From positions 42,966,001 through 43,030,000 of the forward strand of contig OZ024757.1 of the NCBI GenBank assembly GCA_964016885.1: 64,000 nt of DNA. The letters run 5' to 3'. A program made the position numbers and the translations under genes. A model generated the notes under the pieces. The model saw only the letters and a program-made list of their open reading frames with translations, was not told the DNA's origin and ran no database searches. Positions within the stretch are counted from its first letter, which is position 1; each line of letters opens with the position of its first letter. The DNA is from Eledone cirrhosa (lineage: Eukaryota). Below are positions 10,136-25,300 of the stretch, one piece after another.

Positions 10136-13100
10136 GCCGGACCGTAGTGCGCATGCGCCAAGGCCGCCGGACCGTAATGCGCATGCGCCAAGGCCGCCGG
10201 ATCGTAGTGCGCATGCGCCAAGGCCGACTGACTGTACTGCGCATGTGTCATCGTCGCAGTACCGAACTGCGCATGCGGTAAGGCCGCCGGACCGTACTGC
10301 GCATGCGCCAAGGCCGCCGGACCGTAGTGCGCAGGCGCCAAGGCCGCCGGACCGTAGTGCGCATGCACCAAGGCCGCCTGAGTGTACTGCGCATGCATCA
10401 AAGTCCCAGTACCGTACTGCGCAAAGGCCGCCGGACAGTAGTGCGCATGCGCCAGAGCCGCCGAACCGTAGTGCGCATGCGCCAAGGCCGCCCGACCGTA
10501 GTGCGCATGGGCCAAAGCCGCCCGACCGTACTGCGCATGCGCTAAGTCCGTAGTACCGTACTGCGCATGCTACAAGGCCGCAGTACCGTACTGCGCATGC
10601 GACAAGGCCGCAGTACCGTAGTGCGCATGCGCCAAGGCCACCGGACCGTAGTGCGCATGAGCCAAGGCCGCCGGACCGTACTGCGCATGCGCCAAGCCCG
10701 CCGGACCGTAGTGCGCATGCGCCAGAGCCGCCGAACCGTGGTGCACATGCGCCAAGCCCGCCGGACCGTAGTGCGCATGCGCCAAGCCCGCCGGACCGTA
10801 GTGCGCATGCGCCAAGGCCGCCTGACTGTACTGCGCATGCGTCAAGGTCCCAGTACCGAACTGCTCATGCGCTAAGGCCACCGGACCGTACTGCGCATGC
10901 GCCAAGGCCGCCGGACCTTAGTGCGCATGCGCCAGAGCCGCCGAACCGTGGTGTGCATGCGCCAAGGCCGCCGGACCATACTGCGCATGCGCCAAAGCCG
11001 CCTGACTGTACTGCGCATGCGCCAAGGCCGCCTGACTGTACTGCGCATGCGACAAGGCCGCCGGACCGTTGTGCGCATGCGCCAAGGCCACCTAAATGTA
11101 CTGCGCATGGTCGCAGTACCGAACTGCGCATGCGCCAAGGCCGCCGGACCGTACTGCGAATGCGCCAAGGCCGCCGGACCGTAGTGCGCATGCGCCAAAG
11201 CCGCCGAACCGTAGTGCGCATGCGCCAAGGCCGCCGGACCATACTGCGCACGCATGCGCCGCGGCCGCAGGACCGTAGTGCGCATGCGCCAAGGCCGCCT
11301 GACTGTACTGCGCATGCGGCAAGACCACAGTACCGAACTGCGCATGCACTAAGGCCGCAGGACCGTAGTGCGCATGCGCCAAGGCCGCCTAACTGTACTG
11401 CGCATGCGTCAAGGTCGCAGTGCCGAACTGCGCATGCGCTAAGGCCGCCGGACCGTACTGCGCATGCGCCAAGGCCGCCGGACCGTAGTGCGCATGCGCC
11501 AAAGCCGCCGAACCGTAGTGCGCATGCGCCAAGGTCGCCGGACCTGACTGCGCATGCGCCGCGGCCGCCGGACCGTACTGCGCATGCCCCAAGGCCGCCT
11601 GGTTGTACTGCGCATGCCCCAAGGCCGCCTGGTTGTACTGCTCATGCCCCAAGGCCGCCCGACCGTAGTGCGCATGCGCCAAGGCCGCCCGACCGTAGTG
11701 CGCATGCGTCAAGGTCGCAGTACCGAATTGCGCATGCACTAAGGCCGCCGGACCGAACTGCGTATGGGCTAAGGCCGCCGGACCGTACTGCGCATGCGCC
11801 AAAGCCGCCGGACCGTAGTGCGCATGCGTCAAGGTCGCAGTACCGAACTGCGCATGCGCTAAGGCCGCCGGATCGTACTGCGCATGCGCCAAGGCCGCCG
11901 GACCGTACTGCGCATGCCCCAAGGCCGCCAGGTTGTACTGCGCATGCCCAAGGCCTTCCGACCGTAGTGCGCATGCGCCAAAGCCGCCGAACCGTAGTGC
12001 GCATGCGCCAAGGCCGCCTAACTGTACTGCGCATGCGTCAAGGTCGCAGTACCGAACTGCGCATGCGCCAAGGCCGCCGGACCGTACTGCGAATGCGCCA
12101 AGGCCGCCGGACCGTAGTGCGCATGCGCCGAACCGTAGTGCGCATGCGCCAAGGCCGCCGGACCATACTGCGCACGCATGCGCCGCGGCCGCAGGACCGT
12201 AGTGCGCATGCGCCAAGGCCGCCGGACCGTAGTGCGCATGCGCCAAGGCCGCCGGACCGTAGTGCGCATGCGCCAAGGCCGCCTGACTGTACTGCGCATG
12301 CGTCAAGGCCGCAGTACCGAACTGTGTATGGGCTAAGGCCGCCGGACCGTACTGCGCATGCGCCAAGGCCGCCGGACCGTAGTGCGCATGCGCCAAGGCC
12401 GCCGGACCATACTGCGCATGCGCCAAGGCCGCCGGACCGTAGTGCGCATGCACCAAGGCCGCCTGAGTGTACTGCGCATGCATCAAGGTCCCAGTACCGC
12501 ACTGCGCATGCGCAAAGGCCGCCGGACAGTAGTGCGCATGCGCCAGAGCCGCCGAACCGTAGTGCGCATGCGCCAAGGCCGCCGGACCGTAGTGCGCATG
12601 GGCCAAAGCCGCCCGACCGTACTGCGCATGCGCTAAGTCCGTAGTACCGTACTGCGCATGCTACAAGGCCGCAGTACCGTACTGCGCATGCGACAAGGCC
12701 GCAGTACCGTAGTGCGCATGCGCCAAGGCCACCGGACCGTAGTGCGCATGAGCCAAGGCCGCCGGACCGTACTGCGCATGCGCCAAGCCCGCCGGACCGT
12801 AGTGCGCATGCGCCAGAGCCGCCGAACCGTGGTGCACATGCGCCAAGCCCGCCGGACCGTAGTGCGCATGCGCCAAGGCCGCCGGACCATACACCGCATG
12901 CGCCAAGGCCGCCGGACCATACTCCGCATGCGCCAAGGCCGCCGGACCGTTGTGCGCATGCGCCAAGGCCGCCTGACGACTGCGCATGCGTCAAGGTCGC
13001 AATACCGAACTGCGCATGCGCTAAGGCCGGCGGACCGTAGTGCGCATTCGCCAAGGCCGCCGGACCGTAGTGCGCATTCGCCAAGGCCGCCGGACCGTAG

Positions 13101-16100
13101 TGCGCATGCGCCAAGGCCGCCGGACCGTAGTGCGCATGCGCCAAGGCCGCCTAACTGTACTGCGCATGCGTCAAGGTCGCAGTACCGAACTGCGCATGCG
13201 CTAAGGCCGCCGGACCGTACTGCGCATGCGCCAAGGCCGCCGGACCGTAGTGCGCATGCGCCAAAGCCGCCGAACCGTAGTGCGCATGCGCCAAGGTCGC
13301 CGGACCTGACTGCGCATGCGCCGCGGCCGCCGGACCGTACTGCGCATGCCCCAAGGCCGCCTGGTTGTACTGCGCATGCCCCAAGGCTGCCTGGTTGTAC
13401 TGCTAATGCCCCAACGCCGCCCGACCGTAGTGCGCATGCGCCAAGGCCGCCTGACCGTAGTGCGCATGCGCCAAGGCCGCCGGACCGTAGTGCGCATGCG
13501 TCAAGGTCGCAGTACCGAACTGCGCATGCGCTAAGGCCGCCGGACCGTACTGCGCATGCGCCAAGGCCGCCGGACCGTACTGCGCATACCCCAAGGCCGC
13601 CTGGTTGTACTGCGCATGCCCCAAGGCCGCCCGACCGTAGTGCGCATGCGCCAAAGCCGCCGAACCGTAGTGCGCATGCGCCAAGGCCGCCGGACCATAC
13701 TGCGCACGCATGCGCCGCGGCCGCAGGACCGTAGTGCGCATGCGCCAAGGCCGCCTGGTTGTACTGCGCATGCGCCAAGGCCGCCGGACCGTAGTGCGCA
13801 TGCGCCAAGGCCGCCTGACTGTACTGCGCATGCGTCAAGGCCGCAGTACCGAACTGCGTATGGGCTAAGGCCGCCGGACCGTACTGCGCATGCGCCAAGG
13901 CCGCCGGACCGTAGTGCGCATGCGCCAAGGCCGCCGGACCATACTGCGCATGCGCCAAGGCCGCCGGACCGTAGTGCGCATGCGCCAAGGCCGCCTAACT
14001 GTACTGCGCATGCGTCAAGGTCGCAGTACCGTACTGCGCATGCGCCAAGGCCGCCGAACCGTACTGCGCATGCGCCAAGGCCGCCGAACCGTACTGCGCA
14101 TGCGCCAAGGCCGCCGAACCGTACTGCGCATGCGCCAAAGCCGCCGAACCGTAGTGCGCATGCGCCAAAGCCGCTGGACCGTAGTGCGCATGCGCCAAGG
14201 CCACTGGACCGTACTGCGCGTGCTCTAAGACCGTCGGACCGCAGTGCGCATGCGCCAAGGCCGCCGAACCGTACTGCGCATGCGCCAAGGCCGCCGAACC
14301 GTACTGCGCATGCGCCAAAGCCGCCGAACCGTAGTGCGCATGCGCCAAAGCCGCTGGACCGTAGTGCGCATGCGCCAAGGCCACTGGACCGTACTGCGCA
14401 TGTACCAAGGCCGCCGTCGTAGTGCGCATGCGCCAAGGCCGCCGGAACTTTGTGCGCATGCGCCAAGGCCGCCGGACCGTAGTGCGCATGCGCCAAGGCC
14501 GCCGGACCATAGTGCGCATGCGCCAAGGCCGCCGGAGCATACTGCGCATGCGCCAAGGCCACCGGACCGTAGTGCGCATGAGCCAAGGCCGCCGGACCGT
14601 AGTGCGCATGCGCCAAGGCCACCGGACCGTAGTGCGCATGAGCCAAGGCCGCCGGACCGTAGTGCGCATGCGCCAGAGCCGCCGAACCGTGGTGCACATG
14701 CGCCAAGCCCGTCGGACCGTAGTGCGCATGCGCCAAGCCCGCCGGACCGTAGTGCGCATGCGCCAAGGCCGCCTGACTGTACTGCGCATGCGTCAAGGTC
14801 CCAGTACCGAACTGCGCATGCGCTAAGGCCACCGGACCGTACTGCGCATGCGCCAAGGCCGCCGGACCGTTGTGCGCATGCGCCAGAGCCGCCGAACCGT
14901 GGTGTGCATGCGCCAAGGCCGCCGGACCATACTGCGCATGCGCCAAAGCCGCCTGACCATACTGCGCATGCGCCAAGGCCGCCGGACCGTAGTGCGCATG
15001 CGTCAAGGCCGCAGTACCGAACTGCGCATGCGCTAAGGCCGCAGTACCGAACTGCGCATGCGCCAAGGCCGCCGGACCGTACTGCGCATGCGCCAAGGAC
15101 GCCGGACCGTAGTGCGCATGCGCCAAAGACGCCGGACCGTAGTGCGCATGCGCCAAAGACGCCGAACAGTCGTGCCCATGCGCCAAGACCGCCGGACCGT
15201 ACTGCGCATGCGCCAAGGCCGCTGAACCGTACTGCGCATGCCCCAAAGCCGCCGACCCGTAGTGCGCATGCACCAAGGCCACCGGACCGTACTGCGCATG
15301 CTCTAAGACCGTCGGACCGTAGTGCGCATGCCCCAAGGCCGTCGGACCGTAGTGCGCATGCGCCAAGGCCGCCAGACCGTAGTGCGCATACGCCAAGGCC
15401 GCCGAACCGTACTGCGCATGCGCCAAGGCCGCCGAACCGTACTGCGCATGCGCCAAGGCCGCCGAACCGTACTGCGCATGCGCCAAGGCCGCCGAACCGT
15501 ACTGCGCATGCGCCAAAGCCGCTGGACCGTAGTGCGCATGCGCCAAGGCCACTGGACCGTACTGCGCATGTACCAAGGCCGCCGTCGTAGTGCGCATGCG
15601 CCAATGCCGCCGGACCTTTGTGCGCATGCGGTACGGTGGCCTTGGCGCATGCGCACTAAGGTCTAACGGCATTGGCGCATGCGCACTACGGTTCGGCGGC
15701 TTTGACGCACACGGACTACGTTCCGTCAGATTTGGCGCACGCACACTACGGTCCGGCGGTCTTGGCGCATGCGCACTACGGTCCGGCGACCATGCCGCAT
15801 GCGCACTACGTTCCGGTGGCCTTGGCACATGCGCAGTACGGTCCGGCGGCTTTTGCGCATGCGCACTACGGTCTGGCAGCCTTGGCGCATGCGCACTACG
15901 GTCCAGCGGCCTTGGCGCATGCGCACTACGTTCCGGTGGCCTTGGCGCATGCGCAGTACGGTCCAGTGGCCTTGGCGCATGCGTAGTAAGGTCCGGCGCC
16001 CTTAGCGCATGCGCAGTACGGTCCGGCAGCCTTGGCGCATGCGCACTAAGGGCCAGCGGTCTTTGCGCATGCGCACAACGGTCCGGTGGTCTTGGCGCAT

Positions 16101-16565
16101 GCGCACTACGGTCCGGCGGCCTTGGCGCATGCGCACTAAGGTCCGGCGGCTTTGGTGCATGCGCACTACGGTCTGGCATCATTGGCGCATGCGCACTACG
16201 GTCCGGCGGCCTTGGCGCATGCGCAGTACGGCTGGCAACCTTGGCGTATGCGCACTACGGTCTGTCGGCCTTGGCGCATGCGCACTACTGTCCGGCGGCC
16301 TTGGCGTATGCGCAGTACGGTCCAGCGGCCTTGGCGCATGCGCACTACGGTTCGGCGGCCTTGGCGCATGCGCACTACGGTTCGGCGGCCTTGGCACATG
16401 CGTACAACGGTCCGGCGGCCTTGGCGCATGCGCACTACGGTCTGGCAGCATTGGCGCAGGCGCACTAAGGTCTGGCGGCCTTGGCGCATGCGCACTACGG
16501 TCCGACGTCCTTGGCGCATGCGCACTACGGTCCGACGTCCTTGGCGCATGTGCAGTACGGTCCGG

Positions 16566-17167
16566 ATGACTTTTTGGCCATTTTAAGCCTTTATGTTGCC
16601 ATATTTAGCCATTTTTGAGTCATTTTAGTAATTTATGATGCAGTTTTTACCATTTTAGAGCCATTTATAGTCATTTTAGACGTTTCAGTCGTGTTAGAGT
16701 CATTCTAGTCAATTATGATACGGTTTTAGCATTTTAGTCGTTGATGATGACGTTTTAGTCATTTATGATGCAGTTTCAGCCATTCTGTTGTAATATGGCA
16801 ACATAAATGATTAAATGGCCCTAAAATGGCTAAAACAGCATCATATTTGACAAAAATGACTCGTAAATGAGTAAAACGGTATCGTAAATGACTAAAATAA
16901 CTCTAGAAAGGCTACTACAGCATCATAAATGATTAAAATGACTCTAAAACGACTAAAACGTCTAAAATGACAAAAATGGCTTTAATATAGCTTAAACTGC
17001 ATCTTAAATGACTAAAACTACTAAAATGACTCCGAAATGGCTAAAAAAAAACATCATAAATGGCTAAAATGACACTAAAGTGGCTAAAACGGACTGTTAA
17101 ATTGCTAAATTGTCTCAAAAATGGCTAAAACGTCTTCATAAATAAATAAAATGGCTAAAACGTGGGT
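16566..17167. repeat. Long AT-rich spacer, type A
   Basis: Copy of 4306-4904 at offset 12260. Confidence 0.95.
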
Positions 17168-20100
17168 GCCGGACCGTAGTGCGCATGCGCCAAGGCCGCC
17201 GGACCGTAGTGCGCATGCGCCAAGACCGACTGACTGTACTGCGCATGTGTCATCGTCGCAGTACCGCACTGCGCATGCGGTAAGGCCGCCGGACCGTACT
17301 GCGCATGCGCCAAGGCCGCCGGACCGTAGTGCGCAGGCGCCAAGGCCGCCGGACCGTAGTGCGCATGCACCAAGGCCGCCTGAGTGTACTGCGCATGCAT
17401 CAAGGTCCCAGTACCGTACTGCGCATGCGCAAAGGCCGCCGGACAGTAGTGCGCATGCGCCAGAGCCGCCGAACCGTAGTGCGCATGCGCCAAGGCCGTC
17501 GGACCGTAGTGCGCATGGGCCAAAGCCGCCCGACCGTACTGCGCATGCGCTAAGTCCGTAGTACCGTACTGCGCATGCTACAAGGCCGCAGTACCGTACT
17601 GCGCATGCGACAAGGCCGCAGTACCGTAGTGCGCATGCGCCAAGGCCACCGGACCGTAGTGCGCATGAGCCAAGGCCGCCGGACCGTACTGCGCATGCGC
17701 CAAGCCCGCCGGACCGTAGTGCGCATGCGCCAAGGCCGCCTGACTGTACTGAGCATGCGCCAAGGCCGCCTGACTGTACTGCGCATGCGTCAAGGTCCCA
17801 GTACCGAACTGCGCATGCGCTAAGGCCACCGGACCGTACTGCGCATGCGCCAAGGCCGCCGGACCGTAGTGCGCATGCGCCAGAGCCGCCGAACCCTGGT
17901 GTGCATGCGCCAAGGCCGCCGGACCATACTGCACATGCGCCAAAGCCACCTGACTGTACTGCGCATGTGCCAAGGCCGCCTGACTGTACTGCGCATGCGA
18001 CAAGGCCGCCAGACCGTAGTGCGCATGCGCCAAGGCCACCTAACTGTACTGCGCATGCGTCAAGGTCGCAGTACCGAACTGCGCATGCGCCAAGGCCGCC
18101 GGACCGTACTGCGCATGCGCCAAGGCCTCCGGACCGTAGTGCGCATGCGCCAAAGCCGCCGAACCGTAGTGCGCATGCGCCAAGGCCGCCGGACCATACT
18201 GCGCACGCATGCGCGCGGCCGCAGGACCGTAGTGCGCATGCGCCAAGGCCGCCTGGTTGTACTGCGCATGCGCCAAGGCCGCCGGACCGTAGTGCGCATG
18301 CGCCAAGGCCGCCTGACTGTACTGCGCATGCGTCAAGGCCGCAGTACCGAACTGCGTATGGGCTAAGGCCGCCGGACCGTACTGCGCATGCGCCAAGGCC
18401 GCCGGACCGTAGTGCGCATGCGCCAAGGCCGCCGGACCGTAGTGCGCCTGCGCCAAGGCCGCCTAACTGTACTGCGCATGCGTTAAATCGCAGTACCGAA
18501 CTGCGCATGCGCTAAGGCCGCCGGACCGTACTGCGCATGCGCCAAAGCCGCCGGACCGTAGTGCGCATGCGCCAAGTCCGCCTGGTTGTACTGCGCATGC
18601 GCCAAGGCCGCCGGACCGTAGTGCGCATGCGCCAAGGCCGCCTGACTGTACTGCGCATGCGTCAAGGCCGCAGTACCGAACTGCGTATGGGCTAAGGCCG
18701 CCGGACCGTACTGCGCATGCGCCAAGGCCGCCGGACCGTAGTGCGCATGCGCCAAGGCCGCCGGACCATACTGCGCATGCGCCAAGGCCGCCGGACCGTA
18801 GTGCGCATGCGCCAAGGCCGCCTAACTGTACTGCGCATGCGTCAAGGTCGCAGTACCGAACTGCGCATGCGCTAAGGCCGCCGGACCGTACTGCGCATGC
18901 GCCAAGGCCGCCGTACCGTAGTGCGCATGCGCCAAAGCCGCCGAACCGTAGTGCGCATGCGCCAAGGCCGCCGGACCAGACTGCGCATGCGCCATGGCCG
19001 CCGGACCGTAGTGCGCATGCGCCAAGGCCGCCTGACTGTACTGCGCATGCGCCAAGGCCGCCGGACCGTAGTGCGCATGCGCCAAGGCCGCCTGACTGTA
19101 CTGCGCATGCGGCAAGACCACAGTACCGAACTGCGCATGCGCTAAGGCCGCCGGACCGTAGTGCGCATGCGCCAAGGCCGCCGGACCGTAGTGTGCATGC
19201 GCCAAGACCGCCTAACTGTACTGCGCATGCGCCAAGGCCGCCTAACTGTACTGCGCATGCGTCAAGGTCGCAGTACCGAACTGCGCATGCGCCAAGGCCG
19301 CCGGACCGTACTGCGAATGCGCCAAGGCCGCCGAACCGTAGTGCGCATGCGCCAAGGCCGCCTGACTGTACTGCGCATGCGTCAAGGCCGCAGTACCGAA
19401 CTGCGCATGCGCTAAGGCCGCCGGACCGAACTGCGTATGGGCTAAGGCCGCCGGACCGTACTGCGCATGCGCCAAGGCCGCCGGACCGTAGTGCGCATGC
19501 GCCAAAGCCGCCGAACCGTAGTGCGCATGCGCCAAGGCCGCCTAACTGTACTGCGCATGCGTCAAGGTCGCAGTACCGAACTGCGCATGCGCCAAGGCCG
19601 CCGGACCGTACAGCGAATGCGCCAAGGCCGCCGGACCGTAGTGCGCATGCGCCAAAGCCGCCGAACCGTAGTGCGCATGCGCCAAGGCCGCCGGACCATA
19701 CTGCGCACGCATGCGCCGCGGCCGCAGGACCGTAGTGCGCATGCGCCAAGGCCGCCTGGTTGTACTGCGCATGCGCCAAGGCCGCCGGACCGTAGTGCGC
19801 ATGCGCCAAGGCCGCCTGACTGTACTGCGCATGCGTCAAGGCCGCAGTACCGAACTGCGTATGGGCTAAGGCCGCCGGACCGTACTGCGCATGCGCCAAG
19901 GCCGCCGGACCGTAGTGCGCATGCGCCAAGGCCGCCGGACCATACTGCGCATGCGCCAAGGCCGCCAGACCGTAGTGCGCATGCGCCAAGGCCGCCTAAC
20001 TGTACTGCGCATGCGCACTACGGTCCGGCGGCCTTGGCGCATGCGCTAAGGCCGCCGGACCGTACTGCGCATGCGCCAATGCCGCCGGACCGTAGTGCGC

Positions 20101-21817
20101 ATGCGCCAAAGACGCCGGACCGTAGTGCGCATGCGCCAAGGCCGCCTGGTTGTACTGCGCATGCGCCAAGGCCGCCGGATCGTAGTGCGCATGCGCCAAG
20201 GCCGCCTGACTGCACTGCGCATGCGTCAAGGCCGCAGTACCGAACTGCGTATGGGCTAAGGCCGCCGGGCCGTACTGCGCATGCGCCAAGGCCGCCGGAC
20301 CGTAGTGCGCATGCGTCAAGGTCGCAGTACCGAACTGCGCATGCGCTAAGGCCGCCGGACCGTACTGCGCATGCGCCAAGGCCGCCGGACCGTAGTGCGC
20401 ATGTGCCAAAGCCGCCGAACCGTAGTGCGCATGCGCCAAGGCCGCCTAACTGTACTGCGCATGCGTCAAGGTCGCAGTACCGAACTGCGCATGCGCCAAG
20501 GCCGCCGGACCGTACTGCGAATGCGCCAAAGCCGCCGAACCGTAGTGCGCATGCGCCAAGGCCGCCGGACCATACTGCGCACGCATGCCGCGGTCGCAGG
20601 ACCGTAGTGCGCATGCGCCAAGGCCGCCTGGTTGTACTGCGCATGCGCCAAGGCCGCCGGACCGTAGTGCGCATGCGCCAAGGCCGCCTGACTGTACTGC
20701 GCATGCGTCAAGGCCGCAGTACCGAACTGCGTATGGGCTAAGGCCGCCGGACCGTACTGCGCATGCGCCAAGGCCCCCGGACCATACTGCGCATGCGCCA
20801 AGGCCGCCGGACCGTAGTGCGCATGCGCCAAGGCCGCCTAACTGTACTGCGCATGCGTCAAGGTCGCAGTACCGAACTGCGCATGCGCTAAGGCCGCCGG
20901 ACCGTACTGCGCATGCGCCAAGGCCGCGGGACCGTAGTGCTCATGCGCCAAAGCCGCCGGACCGTAGTGCGCATGCGCCAAGGCCGCCGGATCGTAGTGC
21001 GCATGCGCCAAGGCCGCCTGACTACTGCGCATGCGTCAAGGCCGCAGTACCGAACTGCGTATGGGCTAAGGCCGCCGGACCGTACTGCGCATGCGCCAAG
21101 ACCGCCGGACCGTAGTGCGCATGCGTCAAGGTCGCAGTACCGAACTGCGCTTGCGCTAAGGCCGCCGGACCGTACTGCGCATGCGCCAAGGCCGCCGGAC
21201 CGTAGTGCTCATGCGCCAAAGCCGCCGAACCGTAGTGCGCATGCGCCAAGGCCGCCGGACCAGACTGCGCATGCGCCAAGGCCGCCGGACCGTAGTGCGC
21301 ATGCGCCAAGGCCGCCTGACCGTAGTGCGCATGCGTCAAGGCCGCAGTACCGAACTGCGTATGGGCTAAGGCCGCCGGACCGTACTGCGCATGCGCCAAG
21401 GCCGCCGGACCATACTGCGCATGCGCCAAGGCCGCCGTACAGCGCACTACGGTCTGGCATCATTGGCGCATGCGCACTACGGCCCGGCGGCCTTGGCGCA
21501 TGCGCAGTACGGCCCGGCAACCTTGGCGTATGCGCACTACGGTCTGTCGGCCTTGGCGCATGCGCACTACTGTCCGGCGGCCTTGGCGCATGCGCAGTAC
21601 GGTCCAGCGGCCTTGACGCATGCGCACTACGGTTCGGCGGCCTTGGCGCATGCGTACAACGGTCCGGCGGCCTTGGCGCATGCGCACTACGGTCTGGCAG
21701 CATTGGCGCATGCGCACTACGGTCCGCCGTCCTTGGCGCATGCGCACTACGGTCCGCCGTCCTTGGCGCATGCGCACTACGGTCCGACGTCCTTGGCGCA
21801 TGTGCAGTACGGTCCGG

Positions 21818-22396
21818 ATGACTTTTTAGCCATTTTAAGCCTTTATGTTGCCATATTTAGCCATTTTTGAGTCATTTTAGTAATTTATGATGCAGTTTTT
21901 ACCATTTTAGAGCCATTTATAGTCATTTTAGACGTTTCAGTCGTGTTAGAGTCATTCTAGTCAATTATGATACGGTTTTAGCATTTTAGTCGTTGATGAT
22001 GACGTTTTAGTCATTTATGATGCAGATTCAGCCATTCTGTTGTAATATGGCAACATAAATGATTAAATGGCCCTAAAATGGCTAAAACAGCATCATATTT
22101 GACAAAAGTGACTCGTAAATGAGTAAAACGGTATCATAAATGACTAAAATAACTCTAGAAAGGCTACTACAGCATCATAAATGATTAAAATGACTCTAAA
22201 ACGACTAAAACGTCTAAAATGACAAAAATGGCTTTAATATAGCTTAAACTGCATCTTAAATGACTAAAACTACTAAAATGACTCCGAAATGGCTAAAATG
22301 ACACTAAAGTGGCTAAAACGGACTGTTAAATTGCTAAATTGTCTCTAAAATGGCTAAAACGTCTTCATAAATAAATAAAATGGCTAAAACGTGGGT
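21818..22396. repeat. Long AT-rich spacer, type B
   Basis: Copy of 9557-10135 at offset 12261. Confidence 0.95.
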
Positions 22397-25300
22397 GCCG
22401 GACCGTAGTGCGCATGCGCCAAGGCCGCCGGACCGTAATGCGCATGCGCCAAGGCCGCCGGATCGTAGTGCGCATGCGCCAAGGCCGACTGACTGTACTG
22501 CGCATGTGTCATCGTCGCAGTACCGAACTGCGCATGCGGTAAGGCCGCCGGACCGTACTGCGCATGCGCCAAGGCCGCCGGACCGTAGTGCGCAGGCGCC
22601 AAGGCCGCCGGACCGTAGTGCGCATGCACCAAGGCCGCCTGAGTGTACTGCGCATGCATCAAGGTCCCAGTACCGTACTGCGCAAAGGCCGCCGGACAGT
22701 AGTGCGCATGCGCCAGAGCCGCCGAACCGTAGTGCGCATGCGCCAAGGCCGCCCGACCGTAGTGCGCATGGGCCAAAGCCGCCCGACCGTACTGCGCATG
22801 CGCTAAGTCCGTAGTACCGTACTGCGCATGCTACAAGGCCGCAGTACCGTACTGCGCATGCGACAAGGCCGCAGTACCGTAGTGCGCATGCGCCAAGGCC
22901 ACCGGACCGTAGTGCGCATGAGCCAAGGCCGCCGGACCGTACTGCGCATGCGCCAAGCCCGCCGGACCGTAGTGCGCATGCGCCAGAGCCGCCGAACCGT
23001 GGTGCACATGCGCCAAGCCCGCCGGACCGTAGTGCGCATGCGCCAAGCCCGCCGGACCGTAGTGCGCATGCGCCAAGGCCGCCTGACTGTACTGCGCATG
23101 CGTCAAGGTCCCAGTACCGAACTGCTCATGCGCTAAGGCCACCGGACCGTACTGCGCATGCGCCAAGGCCGCCGGACCTTAGTGCGCATGCGCCAGAGCC
23201 GCCGAACCGTGGTGTGCATGCGCCAAGGCCGCCGGACCATACTGCGCATGCGCCAAAGCCGCCTGACTGTACTGCGCATGCGCCAAGGCCGCCTGACTGT
23301 ACTGCGCATGCGACAAGGCCGCCGGACCGTTGTGCGCATGCGCCAAGGCCACCTAAATGTACTGCGCATGGTCGCAGTACCGAACTGCGCATGCGCCAAG
23401 GCCGCCGGACCGTACTGCGAATGCGCCAAGGCCGCCGGACCGTAGTGCGCATGCGCCAAAGCCGCCGAACCGTAGTGCGCATGCGCCAAGGCCGCCGGAC
23501 CATACTGCGCACGCATGCGCCGCGGCCGCAGGACCGTAGTGCGCATGCGCCAAGGCCGCCTGACTGTACTGCGCATGCGGCAAGACCACAGTACCGAACT
23601 GCGCATGCACTAAGGCCGCAGGACCGTAGTGCGCATGCGCCAAGGCCGCCTAACTGTACTGCGCATGCGTCAAGGTCGCAGTGCCGAACTGCGCATGCGC
23701 TAAGGCCGCCGGACCGTACTGCGCATGCGCCAAGGCCGCCGGACCGTAGTGCGCATGCGCCAAAGCCGCCGAACCGTAGTGCGCATGCGCCAAGGTCGCC
23801 GGACCTGACTGCGCATGCGCCGCGGCCGCCGGACCGTACTGCGCATGCCCCAAGGCCGCCTGGTTGTACTGCGCATGCCCCAAGGCCGCCTGGTTGTACT
23901 GCTCATGCCCCAAGGCCGCCCGACCGTAGTGCGCATGCGCCAAGGCCGCCCGACCGTAGTGCGCATGCGTCAAGGTCGCAGTACCGAATTGCGCATGCAC
24001 TAAGGCCGCCGGACCGAACTGCGTATGGGCTAAGGCCGCCGGACCGTACTGCGCATGCGCCAAAGCCGCCGGACCGTAGTGCGCATGCGTCAAGGTCGCA
24101 GTACCGAACTGCGCATGCGCTAAGGCCGCCGGACCGTACTGCGCATGCGCCAAGGCCGCCGGACCGTACTGCGCATGCCCCAAGGCCGCCAGGTTGTACT
24201 GCGCATGCCCAAGGCCTTCCGACCGTAGTGCGCATGCGCCAAAGCCGCCGAACCGTAGTGCGCATGCGCCAAGGCCGCCTAACTGTACTGCGCATGCGTC
24301 AAGGTCGCAGTACCGAACTGCGCATGCGCCAAGGCCGCCGGACCGTACTGCGAATGCGCCAAGGCCGCCGGACCGTAGTGCGCATGCGCCGAACCGTAGT
24401 GCGCATGCGCCAAGGCCGCCGGACCATACTGCGCACGCATGCGCCGCGGCCGCAGGACCGTAGTGCGCATGCGCCAAGGCCGCCGGACCGTAGTGCGCAT
24501 GCGCCAAGGCCGCCGGACCGTAGTGCGCATGCGCCAAGGCCGCCTGACTGTACTGCGCATGCGTCAAGGCCGCAGTACCGAACTGTGTATGGCTAAGGCC
24601 GCCGGACCGTACTGCGCATGCGCCAAGGCCGCCGGACCGTAGTGCGCATGCGCCAAGGCCGCCGGACCATACTGCGCATGCGCCAAGGCCGCCGGACCGT
24701 AGTGCGCATGCGCCAAGGCCGCCTAACTGTACTGCGCATGCGTCAAGGTCGCAGTACCGAACTGCGCATGCGCCAAGGCCGCCGGACCGTAGTGCGCATG
24801 CGCCAAGGCCGCCGGACCGTAGTGCGCATGCTCCAAGGCCGCCTGGTTGTACTGCGCATGCGCCAAGGCCGCCGGATCGTAGTGCGCATGCGCCAAGGCC
24901 GCCTGACTGTACTGCGCATGCGTCAAGGCCGCAGTACCGAACTGCGTATGGGCTAAGGCCGCCGGACCGTAATGCGCATGCGCCAAGGCCGCCGGACCGT
25001 AGTGCGCATGCGTCAAGGTCGCAGTACCGAACTGCGCATGCGCCAAGGCCGCCGGACCTGACTGCGCATGCGCCGCGGCCGCCGAACCGTACTGCGCATG
25101 CCCCAAGGCCGCCTGGTTGTACTGCGCATGCCCCAAGGCCGCCTGGTTGTACTGCGCATGCCCCAAGGCCGCCCGACCGTAGTGCGCATGCGCCAAGGCC
25201 GCCCGACCGAGGTGCGCATGAGTCGAGGTCGCAGTACCGAACTGCGCATGCGCTAAGGCCGCCGGACCGTACTGCGCATGCGCCAAGGCAGCCGGACCGT